Positions 7,494 through 15,156 of a DNA stretch of 42,436 nucleotides are shown piece after piece. The number at the start of each line of letters is the position of its first letter. Position 1 is the stretch's first letter. The stretch comes from Gemmataceae bacterium. Its GTDB lineage: Bacteria > Planctomycetota > Planctomycetia > Gemmatales > Gemmataceae. Position numbers and translations under genes: made by a program. The notes under the pieces are model-generated. The model was not told the DNA's origin. It was given only the letters and a program-made list of their open reading frames with translations, and did not search any database. The stretch is taken from the NCBI GenBank assembly GCA_036745215.1, contig DAIOGM010000007.1, forward strand, positions 1 through 42,436, read 5' to 3'.

Positions 7494-9518
7494 TCACGCC
7501 ACCAATCGCTTCTTCTGCACATCGTTCAAGCGTTGATACATCGGACAAGTCTTCATCAACTCGGCATGCGTACCCGTTGCGGCTACACGACCTTCGTCAA
7601 GGACGACAATACGATCGGCGATCTCCAGCGTGTGCAATCGATGCGTGATCAAGAGGATCGTGCGGCCCTCGCGTTGCTCGTGCATGGTGCGATGCAGAAA
7701 GACCTCCGCTTCCGGGTCGTTCTGACTCGTGAATTCGTCGAGGATCAAGATGCTCGGATTCGCCAGGAAGGCGCGGGCCAGGCAAATGCGCTGCTTCTGG
7801 CCGCCAGACAACTTCTTGCCGTCCACGCCGACGAGATAGTCGTAGCCGCCTTGCAGATCGTTCATGATGAAGTCATGCGCTTGCGCCTTACGCGCGGCGG
7901 CTTCGACCTCCTCGAGCGTCGCATGAGGCCGTGCGTAGGCGATGTTGTTGAACACCGTGTCGTCGAAGAGGAACATGTCCTGCGTCACGATTGCAATTTG
8001 CTTGCGCAGCGAACGCAGATTGACCGTGCGAACGTCGATGCCATCTACGTAGATGGTGCCATGATCCGGATCGTAGAAGCGCGGCAGCAGATTCAAGAGC
8101 GACGTCTTGCCGCAGCCGTTCTTGCCGACGAACGCGACGATCTCACCTTTTTTGATGTGCAGGTCGATGCCTTCCAGGAGAATCTGGCCGGGCGTGTAGG
8201 AAAAGCAAACGTTGCGAAATTCAATGTCAACGTGATGCCGTTCGAGCACCGTCGCGTCGCTGTTTGTCAAGATCTTCGGTTCTTTGTCCATGTACATGAA
8301 GATGCGGTCGGCGGCGGCCCAGCCGGACTGGATGCGCGTATAGACGTTGGACAGCCGGCGCACCGGATCGGCCGCCGCCGCGAGCAGGGCGTAAAGCTGT
8401 AACAATGTCTCGGCTTCCAGGGCGACTTCGCCAATCGGGATGAACCAAATTTTCGTTGGTTGTTCCAGAACGACATACGCGCCGATCAAGAAGACGCCGG
8501 CGATCGCGATCACCGACATCACTTCGATCACCGGGCTCGTGAGCGCATCGAGGTTGACGACCCACATCGCCCGTCGCAAATACTCACGCGCCGCCTGATG
8601 AAAACGGCGACGTTCGCGCGGCTCGCGGGCAAACGCCTTCACGATACGGATGCCGACGAACGTTTCTTGCAATAACTTGTACAGGCTCGACATGCCTTCC
8701 AGCACGCGCCGCGTCGCCCTTTTCATCATTCGGCCGAAGCGCGTGAGCACCAAGAGGGCGAACGGCGCCAGCACGAGGCAGATGGCCGTCAATTGCCAGT
8801 TGATCCACATAGCCACGCTGACGCACGCCATTGCCTTGAGCGGCTCGGCAACGACTTTGCCGAAGATCGTCTTCATGCCGCCGCCGAGCGTGTCGGTGTC
8901 GTTGGTCAAGCGCGTGATGAGTTCATGCGAGCCGGCTTCGCCGAACTGGGCCACGTCGAGGTGCAGCGCGCGAGCGAAAAGGCGTTTGCGAATCGCGAAC
9001 AGCGTGTGATTGACGACGCCGCCGACGAGCGATTCCTGCCAGAACTCGAAACAACCGCGCACCAGGACGCCGAGGGCGACGATGGCCAGGACCGCGATCA
9101 AGGTCTGGAAGCAGTCGTCAGGACAATAAGCGTCGATGTAACGTTTTGCAACGTGATAGCGATGCAGATCCGCTTGCAAACTGGCCAGTGTCGCCTCGGC
9201 TCTTGCCAGGTCGCCGTTGAGCTGACGCAAACTCCGAATCCGGACTTCTTCGCTGGGATGCTCCTTGACCTTGGCGATCTTCCCTTGAATTTCTTTGATT
9301 TTTTTCTGTTGTTCGTTGACCTGCTCTTGCGTTACGGCGATCGAATTGTCAGCCCAGGATTGCAGGTTTTGCCGCGTGGTGATGATCTTCAGGATCGGAT
9401 AGATCGCAGTGAAGTTGAGGCTCCACAGCGCCGCGCCGCAAACGGCGCAGAAGACGGAGATGCCGAGGCGTCGGCGATACGGCCATGCGTATTTCAAGGC
9501 CCGAATGAAGTTCTTCAT
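7494..9518 (-). CDS. ABC exporter, fused permease/ATPase (MsbA/ABCB-like) with a roughly 100-aa coiled-coil insert between TM1 and TM2
   Basis: Walker A GKNGCGKTS, Q-loop VTQD, signature LSGGQKQR, Walker B ILILDEFTS, H-loop ITHRL. I start it at MKNFIRALKYAWPYRRR (9518), the typical exporter N-terminus. The ORF is open to 9602, which would overlap the upstream gene by 35 nt. Confidence 0.85.
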   Translation of the reverse strand: MKNFIRALKYAWPYRRRLGISVFCAVCGAALWSLNFTAIYPILKIITTRQNLQSWADNSIAVTQEQVNEQQKKIKEIQGKIAKVKEHPSEEVRIRSLRQLNGDLARAEATLASLQADLHRYHVAKRYIDAYCPDDCFQTLIAVLAIVALGVLVRGCFEFWQESLVGGVVNHTLFAIRKRLFARALHLDVAQFGEAGSHELITRLTNDTDTLGGGMKTIFGKVVAEPLKAMACVSVAMWINWQLTAICLVLAPFALLVLTRFGRMMKRATRRVLEGMSSLYKLLQETFVGIRIVKAFAREPRERRRFHQAAREYLRRAMWVVNLDALTSPVIEVMSVIAIAGVFLIGAYVVLEQPTKIWFIPIGEVALEAETLLQLYALLAAAADPVRRLSNVYTRIQSGWAAADRIFMYMDKEPKILTNSDATVLERHHVDIEFRNVCFSYTPGQILLEGIDLHIKKGEIVAFVGKNGCGKTSLLNLLPRFYDPDHGTIYVDGIDVRTVNLRSLRKQIAIVTQDMFLFDDTVFNNIAYARPHATLEEVEAAARKAQAHDFIMNDLQGGYDYLVGVDGKKLSGGQKQRICLARAFLANPSILILDEFTSQNDPEAEVFLHRTMHEQREGRTILLITHRLHTLEIADRIVVLDEGRVAATGTHAELMKTCPMYQRLNDVQKKRLVA

Positions 9519-9567
9519 GGCTCTACGGAATCCTTTCCTTCGAGCTTTCCGTTCGAGGCGTCGCCGG

Positions 9568-10599
9568 TCACGCAGCGACATCCTGCAAGGGAATCGACGC
9601 ATTTCGACACAATGCGAACAACGCGTTCGTCTTCTCCGCGGGCGCGAACAAGTAGTTGCGCCGATCCACGGCCAGGCTCCCCGTCAGGCGTTCGCGACGT
9701 TCCAGATGCGTCGGCCCGATGTGGTAAAATCGATATGCCAAAATGGCGAACGTACGTTCGACGAAATCGTGATCGACGTTGTCGAGCACTTCGCAAATGA
9801 CGAACGGCCGATGCCGACGCAATGTCTCGACGGCGCCGCGAATGACGCTGGCCTCCGCCGCTTCGGCGTCAATTTTCAGCACGTCAAGGCCGGTCAGTTT
9901 TTGGCGCGTCATGAATTCGTCGAGCGTGACCGTTGGCAAGCGAAGCTCAGCGACATCGTCTCGAAAGCCAGCGCACGACGAAGAATCGGTCGGAATGCCG
10001 ACGCTGGTACGCGTCACGAAAAAGGACGTTTCACCGGTCGTGTCGGAAACGGCCGAACGGATCGCGTCGAGATTCGTCAAATGGTTTAGGCGAATGTTCG
10101 CTTGCAGCATGTCGAAGATAAATGGCACCGGCTCGAAGGCGACGACGCGGCATGCCGGATTCGATGACGCGGCCAAGAGCGCGAAGAGGCCCGTGTTGGC
10201 GCCGATGTCAATCACCGTGCTGGCTTGCTTGACTAGCGGCAGAAAAACGCGGACCGTCTCGCCTTCGTATCCCCAGAAGCCGCGCTTGGAAAGCTTCAGC
10301 GCGATTCGATCCTTGCCGTGCGGACCATAGGTATGTAGGCGAAGCTGAAGATGGTCCGGTCCATTAATGCAAACGCGGCCGAGAAAGGGGAGTTGATTGC
10401 TTAGAGAATCCGGCAACATAGGAAGAATGGGCCGGCAGACGAAACGGCAGCCTGCTTTGACTGCTTCGCCGAGCCTTTTGCCGACGCTGACCTTCCCTGG
10501 TCCCATGACGCTACTTCTCTGGATATTCCGTGGCAATCGATAAGCATGGTGCTTGTACCACATGCATTTAATCGGGAACAATACGTATTGCGGCGGCAT
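9568..10599 (-). CDS. FkbM-family SAM-dependent methyltransferase
   Basis: VIDIGANTGLFALLAA (motif I), VVAFEP, TLDEF, LKIDAEAAEASVIRGA. The start is uncertain, with in-frame candidates at 10656, 10599 and 10419. Codons upstream of 10599 read through a GERG-type repeat. Confidence 0.75.
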   Translation of the reverse strand: MPPQYVLFPIKCMWYKHHAYRLPRNIQRSSVMGPGKVSVGKRLGEAVKAGCRFVCRPILPMLPDSLSNQLPFLGRVCINGPDHLQLRLHTYGPHGKDRIALKLSKRGFWGYEGETVRVFLPLVKQASTVIDIGANTGLFALLAASSNPACRVVAFEPVPFIFDMLQANIRLNHLTNLDAIRSAVSDTTGETSFFVTRTSVGIPTDSSSCAGFRDDVAELRLPTVTLDEFMTRQKLTGLDVLKIDAEAAEASVIRGAVETLRRHRPFVICEVLDNVDHDFVERTFAILAYRFYHIGPTHLERRERLTGSLAVDRRNYLFAPAEKTNALFALCRNASIPLQDVAA

Positions 10600-10640
10600 T
10601 TCTCCCCTCTCCCGGTCTTCCGGGGGAGCGGAGAGGAGAC
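10600..10640. repeat. CT/GA-rich GERG-type palindromic repeat (family E)
   Basis: TCTCCCCTCTCC-cggtcttccgggg-GAGCGGAGAGGAGA. Same style as the element at 12822-12866. It translates to ...PPEDRERGE... inside the maximal ORF. Confidence 0.6.
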
Positions 10641-10716
10641 GTCGAATCCTTTGCATTTGCCAAAAAGTCTGCCATGATTAGAAAAGAGAGGTTAACTTCC
10701 GAGGCAGCGATGTGAC

Positions 10717-11796
10717 ATGAACAAGGAATTGCTGTGCATCTGGCTTGGATTGCCAAAGACGGCGTGGCCGCCCGACCCGTGGACGCTCCTGGGCCTCACG
10801 CGCGACGTGTGCGACATGGGCCTCATTGAGAAACGGGTCCAGGAATGCATGTGCAAGTTGCGCAGCTATCAGCTCTCGTATCCCGAAGAAGCGACCGAAG
10901 GCATGAATCGGCTCGCGGAAGCGTTCATCACCTTGACCGAGTCGTGCACCAAGCAAACGCACGCGCCGGCGAGCAGCAATGGAAGCGCCGCGGCGAAGGC
11001 CAAGGCGAACGGCGCGACGGTCGTCAAGGATGAAACCGAAGTCACCACGAAGACCAAGCTCGACTGGCGCGCCGAGCCGCCGCCCGTGCGGCAAGAAGCC
11101 GCAGCGCCTCCGCCGACGCTTGAGGTTGTTTCAGTAACCGATGAAGCGGCCGAGCCGGACGAGCCGGTCGCTGAGGAGGAAAGCGGCGATGAGGTGCTCG
11201 TCGCGAAGCCGTTTGCGCCGCCTGCCAAGCTGATTCGCCGCACCATCGATCGAGTGTTGTTGCAAGAACTCGCGGAGCAATCCGATGAAGCGACCAGCAA
11301 CCTCGCCACGCTGGAAGCCGTCATCGAGCGCGTCGATCACACCCGCGCTCTGTTGCACGCGTGGGAACGCGTCGGCAAATTGCTCAAAGGCACGTCCAGG
11401 AAGGTCGGCGCCAAGGAAAACGACGCCTACGCGACGCGGCTCGACAAGATCGCGCTGGCCATGCAATCCTATCCGCCGTTCCTCGGACAACCGGGCAAGC
11501 CGGGCTATCGCGTCGTCGTGCAGGCGCGGCTGCGCATGCCGCTCGCGATGGTGCGCGGCATGAATCCGGAACAACGCGAGGAGCTCTTGTTCGATTGGCA
11601 GGCCGGACGCGAGTTGCTGCTGGCGCATCGCAAGTATCTGCATCGGCTCTTCAAGTCGATGCGACATCGCACGAAGATCGGCCTGGCGTGGCACGCGGTG
11701 CGATCCGTGGTCAATGATCATCCGCTGTTGACGCTGGCCGGCGCCGCGTTTGTGTTTCTATTGGTGCTTGGATTCGTACTGGCGCGGCGTTCGTGA
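10717..11796 (+). CDS. Hypothetical membrane-anchored protein with a J-domain-like N-terminus lacking HPD
   Basis: PPDPWTLLGL...IEKRVQECMCKLRSYQLSYPEEATEGMNRLAEAFITL follows the helix I-III spacing of a J domain, but SYP replaces HPD. Acidic linker and a single C-terminal TM helix (LLTLAGAAFVFLLVLGFVLA). Confidence 0.55.
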   Translation: MNKELLCIWLGLPKTAWPPDPWTLLGLTRDVCDMGLIEKRVQECMCKLRSYQLSYPEEATEGMNRLAEAFITLTESCTKQTHAPASSNGSAAAKAKANGATVVKDETEVTTKTKLDWRAEPPPVRQEAAAPPPTLEVVSVTDEAAEPDEPVAEEESGDEVLVAKPFAPPAKLIRRTIDRVLLQELAEQSDEATSNLATLEAVIERVDHTRALLHAWERVGKLLKGTSRKVGAKENDAYATRLDKIALAMQSYPPFLGQPGKPGYRVVVQARLRMPLAMVRGMNPEQREELLFDWQAGRELLLAHRKYLHRLFKSMRHRTKIGLAWHAVRSVVNDHPLLTLAGAAFVFLLVLGFVLARRS

Positions 11797-11802
11797 CAAG
11801 AA

Positions 11803-11882
11803 CGCGGCGAGCCGAGCCCCGTAAGGGGCCGGTTGAGTGTGCTGATCCTCAACCGGCCCCTTACGGGGCTCGGCTCGCCGCG
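11803..11882. repeat. Perfect 35-bp-stem palindrome (family B) between convergent genes; possible bidirectional terminator
   Basis: CGCGGCGAGCCGAGCCCCGTAAGGGGCCGGTTGAG (11803-11837) is the exact reverse complement of 11848-11882, with a 10-nt loop. Each arm holds an internal GCCCC-GTAA-GGGGC hairpin. Confidence 0.9.
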
Positions 11883-11892
11883 CCGATTTGGT

Positions 11893-12795
11893 TCAAGGAT
11901 TGAACCCCTGCGTGCGTTGCGTGCCCCACGGCTCGATGCGATTCGTCGCCAGATTGAATGGGTCCACGCCGGTCATCGGCTGACGCTGGAACGCGGTGTT
12001 CACGATCTGCCGGTTCACGGTCAAATCGTCAAGCTTCAACGCCATCGACATCTTCTGGCTGGGCACGCGAAGGTCCATCTTGTGCGGCAGGATTGCACCA
12101 GTCCCTTGGTCCTTCTTGGTTGAAAGAATGTGGGCCGAGCAAATCTCCTGGCCATTGCGATCGTCGAGCAACAGAAACGCCGTAACCTGCGGCTGCGGCG
12201 GCGTCATTTCCCTGCTCTTCATGACGATGACTTTGCGGACCGGAAACCCCAGCGGCGACGTCGTCTTCTCGACCAAACGAATCGAGCCCGGCCCATCCGG
12301 CTCCAGCTTGTACTTGTCCGCCGGGCCGTACGGTCCCAGGCCGAGCGACTCCATCACCCATTCGGGCTGGATCGGCAACGGCATCATCTTCGCCCGGCCG
12401 TCGGAGAAATCCTTGTAGCTGCAAAAATACTGATACGGATCGGGATTGCGCAGCGCCCAGAACCAGAACTCGGCGTTGTTGGAGCCGATGTCCACCTCGT
12501 CCTTGCCGACAAGGCGAGCCTTCATGCGAAAGTTGCGCGGCTTTTCAACAAGCAGGACCCCGCGCAGTCCGACCGTTTGCGAGCCCATGGCGGCGTCCAC
12601 GGACATTTCGTCCACGCGCAACGATTGCACGCGGCGGGCGTTGTCATTCAAGTAATCGACAAGCCCCTGAACGGTCGGCGACACGCCCGGCTTGGCGGCG
12701 ACCTCGTTATTCTGCCCCGGCTTGAGCCAGTTCCAGCGCGTGCTTTCGCAACCCGTTGTGAAAACGACGAGCAATCCCAGTGCGATCGACCGCAT
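11893..12795 (-). CDS. Lipoprotein, LolA/LolB-like (DUF4292-like) fold suspected
   Basis: MRSIALGLLVVFTTGCES is a lipoprotein signal with a lipobox. The ORF is open to 12870, where ATGA overlaps the upstream stop, but those 25 codons read through a GERG-type repeat (LTPDPSPAVGRGETG). Confidence 0.65.
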   Translation of the reverse strand: MRSIALGLLVVFTTGCESTRWNWLKPGQNNEVAAKPGVSPTVQGLVDYLNDNARRVQSLRVDEMSVDAAMGSQTVGLRGVLLVEKPRNFRMKARLVGKDEVDIGSNNAEFWFWALRNPDPYQYFCSYKDFSDGRAKMMPLPIQPEWVMESLGLGPYGPADKYKLEPDGPGSIRLVEKTTSPLGFPVRKVIVMKSREMTPPQPQVTAFLLLDDRNGQEICSAHILSTKKDQGTGAILPHKMDLRVPSQKMSMALKLDDLTVNRQIVNTAFQRQPMTGVDPFNLATNRIEPWGTQRTQGFNP

Positions 12796-12821
12796 GTTTC
12801 GTTGCACGTTGGATTCTCCGG

Positions 12822-12866
12822 TCTCCCCTCGCCCCACCGCGGGAGAGGGGTCGGGGGTGAGAGGGC
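12822..12866. repeat. GERG-type palindromic repeat (family E)
   Basis: TCTCCCCTCGCCCCACCGCGGGAGAGGGGTCGGGGGTGAGAGGG, with TCTCCC/GGGAGA and CCCCTC/GAGGGG pairings. Confidence 0.6.
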
Positions 12867-13349
12867 TCATTTCCAGCCCAGGACCTTGAACACTTCCTCT
12901 TGCACCTGATTCATTTCATCGTCGCCCAATTGCGGATTGACGACTTCGTGTTTCTCATTCGTGCGCAGACAACGCAGAATCATTTTCTCGATGCCATTCT
13001 CCATCAATGACGATTCATATCGCAAACGCCGCCTTCGCATCAACAACAAAGCGACCACGTAGCGAAAGTTGACGCGGCTCGGCTCCGATTGTCCTGACAA
13101 GCGGTTGAAGCAATCCTCCAGAAGGTCGTCGTCGAAACGCGGCTTGAGCGTCGCCACGGCGGTCGAGACGCGCCCACTCCAGAAGCCGAACGCGCCGGCA
13201 GGCGGACCTTGCCAGGCGTCAGGGCAATAATCCTTGCGCACGAACTGATGGTTCTCCTCCACCAGCGCCGTGAAAAACCGCTCGCCCGGCTGCAGTTCTC
13301 GGCCGGTGACGGCGCACCGCCGCGAGTTGGGTTGGATCTGATATTCCAT
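12867..13349 (-). CDS. Conserved hypothetical cytoplasmic protein
   Basis: The coding-like part begins at MEYQIQPNSRRCAVTGRELQPGERFF (start 13349). The maximal ORF to 13475 adds Arg-rich low-quality sequence. No domain recognised. Confidence 0.55.
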   Translation of the reverse strand: MEYQIQPNSRRCAVTGRELQPGERFFTALVEENHQFVRKDYCPDAWQGPPAGAFGFWSGRVSTAVATLKPRFDDDLLEDCFNRLSGQSEPSRVNFRYVVALLLMRRRRLRYESSLMENGIEKMILRCLRTNEKHEVVNPQLGDDEMNQVQEEVFKVLGWK

Positions 13350-13517
13350 GCCGCCGATTCCTTGAGGACGCGCACGATTCCTTATCCTTATGGTATCGTC
13401 GAATGGGCTCGTGAAACAAGACGGCTGTGAGCATCCATTGAATCGTTCGAAAGCGTCCCGGCGCGAACGTAGCAATTAGTACCACCGTGACGATTAGGAA
13501 AAATGGGTGATTGAACA

Positions 13518-13553
13518 GGAAGCCCAGGGGCGAGGTACTCCGAGCCCCCGGGA
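13518..13553. repeat. Family A repeat unit (GAAGCCCAGGGGCGAGGTACTCCGAGCCCC.GGG), single copy
   Basis: About 34 of 35 nt identical to 27572-27606. Related to both arms of the palindrome at 37886-37961. Confidence 0.85.
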
Positions 13554-13561
13554 TCGTTTAT

Positions 13562-14995
13562 TCACCGCTTCTGAAACCGCTGCAACGTGTCAACAATTTC
13601 ATAGGGCGTGTGCGGCCCCCAGCCCGTTTGCGTCAAGCGGACGACGCCGGCATCGTCCACGAGGACGAACCGCGGCGTATCCATTGCGCCAAACGTGAAC
13701 CGCAACCCGTTGCCGTCCGCGATCGGAAATGCCAGCCGCATGTCCTGATGCTGCTTGCGAGCGACGTCGGCGTCGGACGTGACCGCCATCGCCAGGATTG
13801 CCAACTTGGCCGGGTGCTTTTCGCTCAGCGATTTGGCGAACCCCAGCACGTCGCGGCCAATTTGCGTGGACGGGTTGTAGAAAAAGACCAGGATCGGCCG
13901 GCCTGCCAGATGTTTGAGCTGCGTCGCCTTGTCGTCGGTCAAATTGCTGACCGCAAAGTCCGGCACACGTTGCCCCACCTCGAGCGTCTTCACCGATTTA
14001 ACCATCGGCTCCTCGTTCACATGCGGCGCCGGCACGTCGCCTTGCTTGGCCTTTTCCATCGTTGTTTTGACGTACTGCACCGCCTTGCGATAGGGCGTCG
14101 TGTGTTGCGTGTGCGGATGATCCAGATGGAATGAGACGCGTTGAATCAACGCGTCCGCCTGCGTGCGATTCAGCACCGGCTGACGCAACAGCGCCTGGGC
14201 GTCGTCGTGCAACTTGCACGCCTTCAGAATCTCCTCGCGGCAATCCTCAAAGAACCGCCCCGGATAACGCAGATGGCTGTCGAGTTCATAACGCACCACG
14301 CGGCGATGCGTCGGCGTCTCGCGCGCGGCATCGCGCTGCTCGATGATGCGTTCGACCTTCTGCGCCACCATGAGCTGCGGATGCACCCAGATCGTATCGC
14401 GGCGACGCCAGGCAGCCTTGTCGGCGCGGCCCTTTTCCCAATCGTCTGATTGTTGCACGCCGGTGATCTTGATGCACGTGACGCCGCCGTTCGGTTCCGT
14501 GCCGACGATCTGCCAGCGCTGCGTCGGTTTGTCAGGCTCGGCGATGTCCCACGAGAAATTGCGGCCGACCTTGCCTGTCGGCGCCGGCACGAAGAACCCG
14601 CTCTCGAGCGTCGCCGGGCCGTGGATCGGGATTTCCAGCATTTTCTTGTCCAGCGTGCGGGAGCGGCCCTGCCAATCGACGCGCGCCTGCTCCAACCGCA
14701 TTGAAGTCGGGCCCGCCGGCTTCTTATCAAGCGGCTGGCGTGCGTCTTGCAAGCTCAGGCTCGTCATGTATGCGACATGCCAATCCTTGACGCTCGCGTC
14801 CAGAACGAGCAAGCGGGTGTCGAGACGATATTGCCGTTGATGCTGCGCGTTGGGAATGAGTGTCTCGTCGAGATAGACGCCGCTGTAGACGAGCTCCAGG
14901 CCCTGCGTCAATTGCGGCGTCAGTTGATACTCGGCGCGGCCGGCCGATTGGCCGAGCGTCAAGGCACACGTCAGTAGGTAAATAGATGTAGTCAT
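13562..14995 (-). CDS. Secreted protein with a C-terminal thioredoxin-fold (redoxin/BCP-like) domain lacking the catalytic cysteine
   Basis: Signal peptide MTTSIYLLTCALTLGQSAG. The C-terminal segment VPDFAVSNL...LAGRPILVFFYNPSTQIGRDVL...AILAMAVTSD...FPIADGNG...PRFVLVDDAGVV matches redoxin/AhpC-TSA spacing, with STQIG where TPGC or CxxC is expected. Confidence 0.65.
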   Translation of the reverse strand: MTTSIYLLTCALTLGQSAGRAEYQLTPQLTQGLELVYSGVYLDETLIPNAQHQRQYRLDTRLLVLDASVKDWHVAYMTSLSLQDARQPLDKKPAGPTSMRLEQARVDWQGRSRTLDKKMLEIPIHGPATLESGFFVPAPTGKVGRNFSWDIAEPDKPTQRWQIVGTEPNGGVTCIKITGVQQSDDWEKGRADKAAWRRRDTIWVHPQLMVAQKVERIIEQRDAARETPTHRRVVRYELDSHLRYPGRFFEDCREEILKACKLHDDAQALLRQPVLNRTQADALIQRVSFHLDHPHTQHTTPYRKAVQYVKTTMEKAKQGDVPAPHVNEEPMVKSVKTLEVGQRVPDFAVSNLTDDKATQLKHLAGRPILVFFYNPSTQIGRDVLGFAKSLSEKHPAKLAILAMAVTSDADVARKQHQDMRLAFPIADGNGLRFTFGAMDTPRFVLVDDAGVVRLTQTGWGPHTPYEIVDTLQRFQKR

Positions 14996-15091
14996 GAATC
15001 CCTACTTGAATCGCGCAAGATCGGAAACACCAATAATCGCGCGGATGATAACAAGCGAGTAGGCTTTTACAAGATCGATTGCTTGAAGTAG

Positions 15092-15111
15092 GTCAGGCTT
15101 TCCAGCCTGAC
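15092..15111. repeat. Short GC hairpin GTCAGGCT-TTCC-AGCCTGAC downstream of the DUF1501 stop
   Basis: 8-bp stem and 4-nt loop, 45 nt after the stop on the minus strand. No U-tract, so a terminator role is uncertain. Confidence 0.4.
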
Positions 15112-15156
15112 GTTCGACGCAACTCACAGAATATGGCTAAATTGCGAAAGGCAGGG

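Noticed and set aside
9519-9602. ABC exporter start at 9602 (MRRFPCRMSLRDRRRLERKARRKGFRRA...).
   Set aside because: The extension is highly basic, overlaps the FkbM gene stop by 35 nt, and precedes a canonical MKNFIRALKYAWPYRRR exporter N-terminus. It is kept only as an alternative.
14996-15091. An imperfect long-range inverted repeat (CTACTTGAATCG ... CGATTGCTTGAAGTAG) and a duplicated CAAGATCG in the leader of the redoxin-like gene.
   Set aside because: The pairing needs indels and the match is short, so I could not distinguish it from chance by eye.
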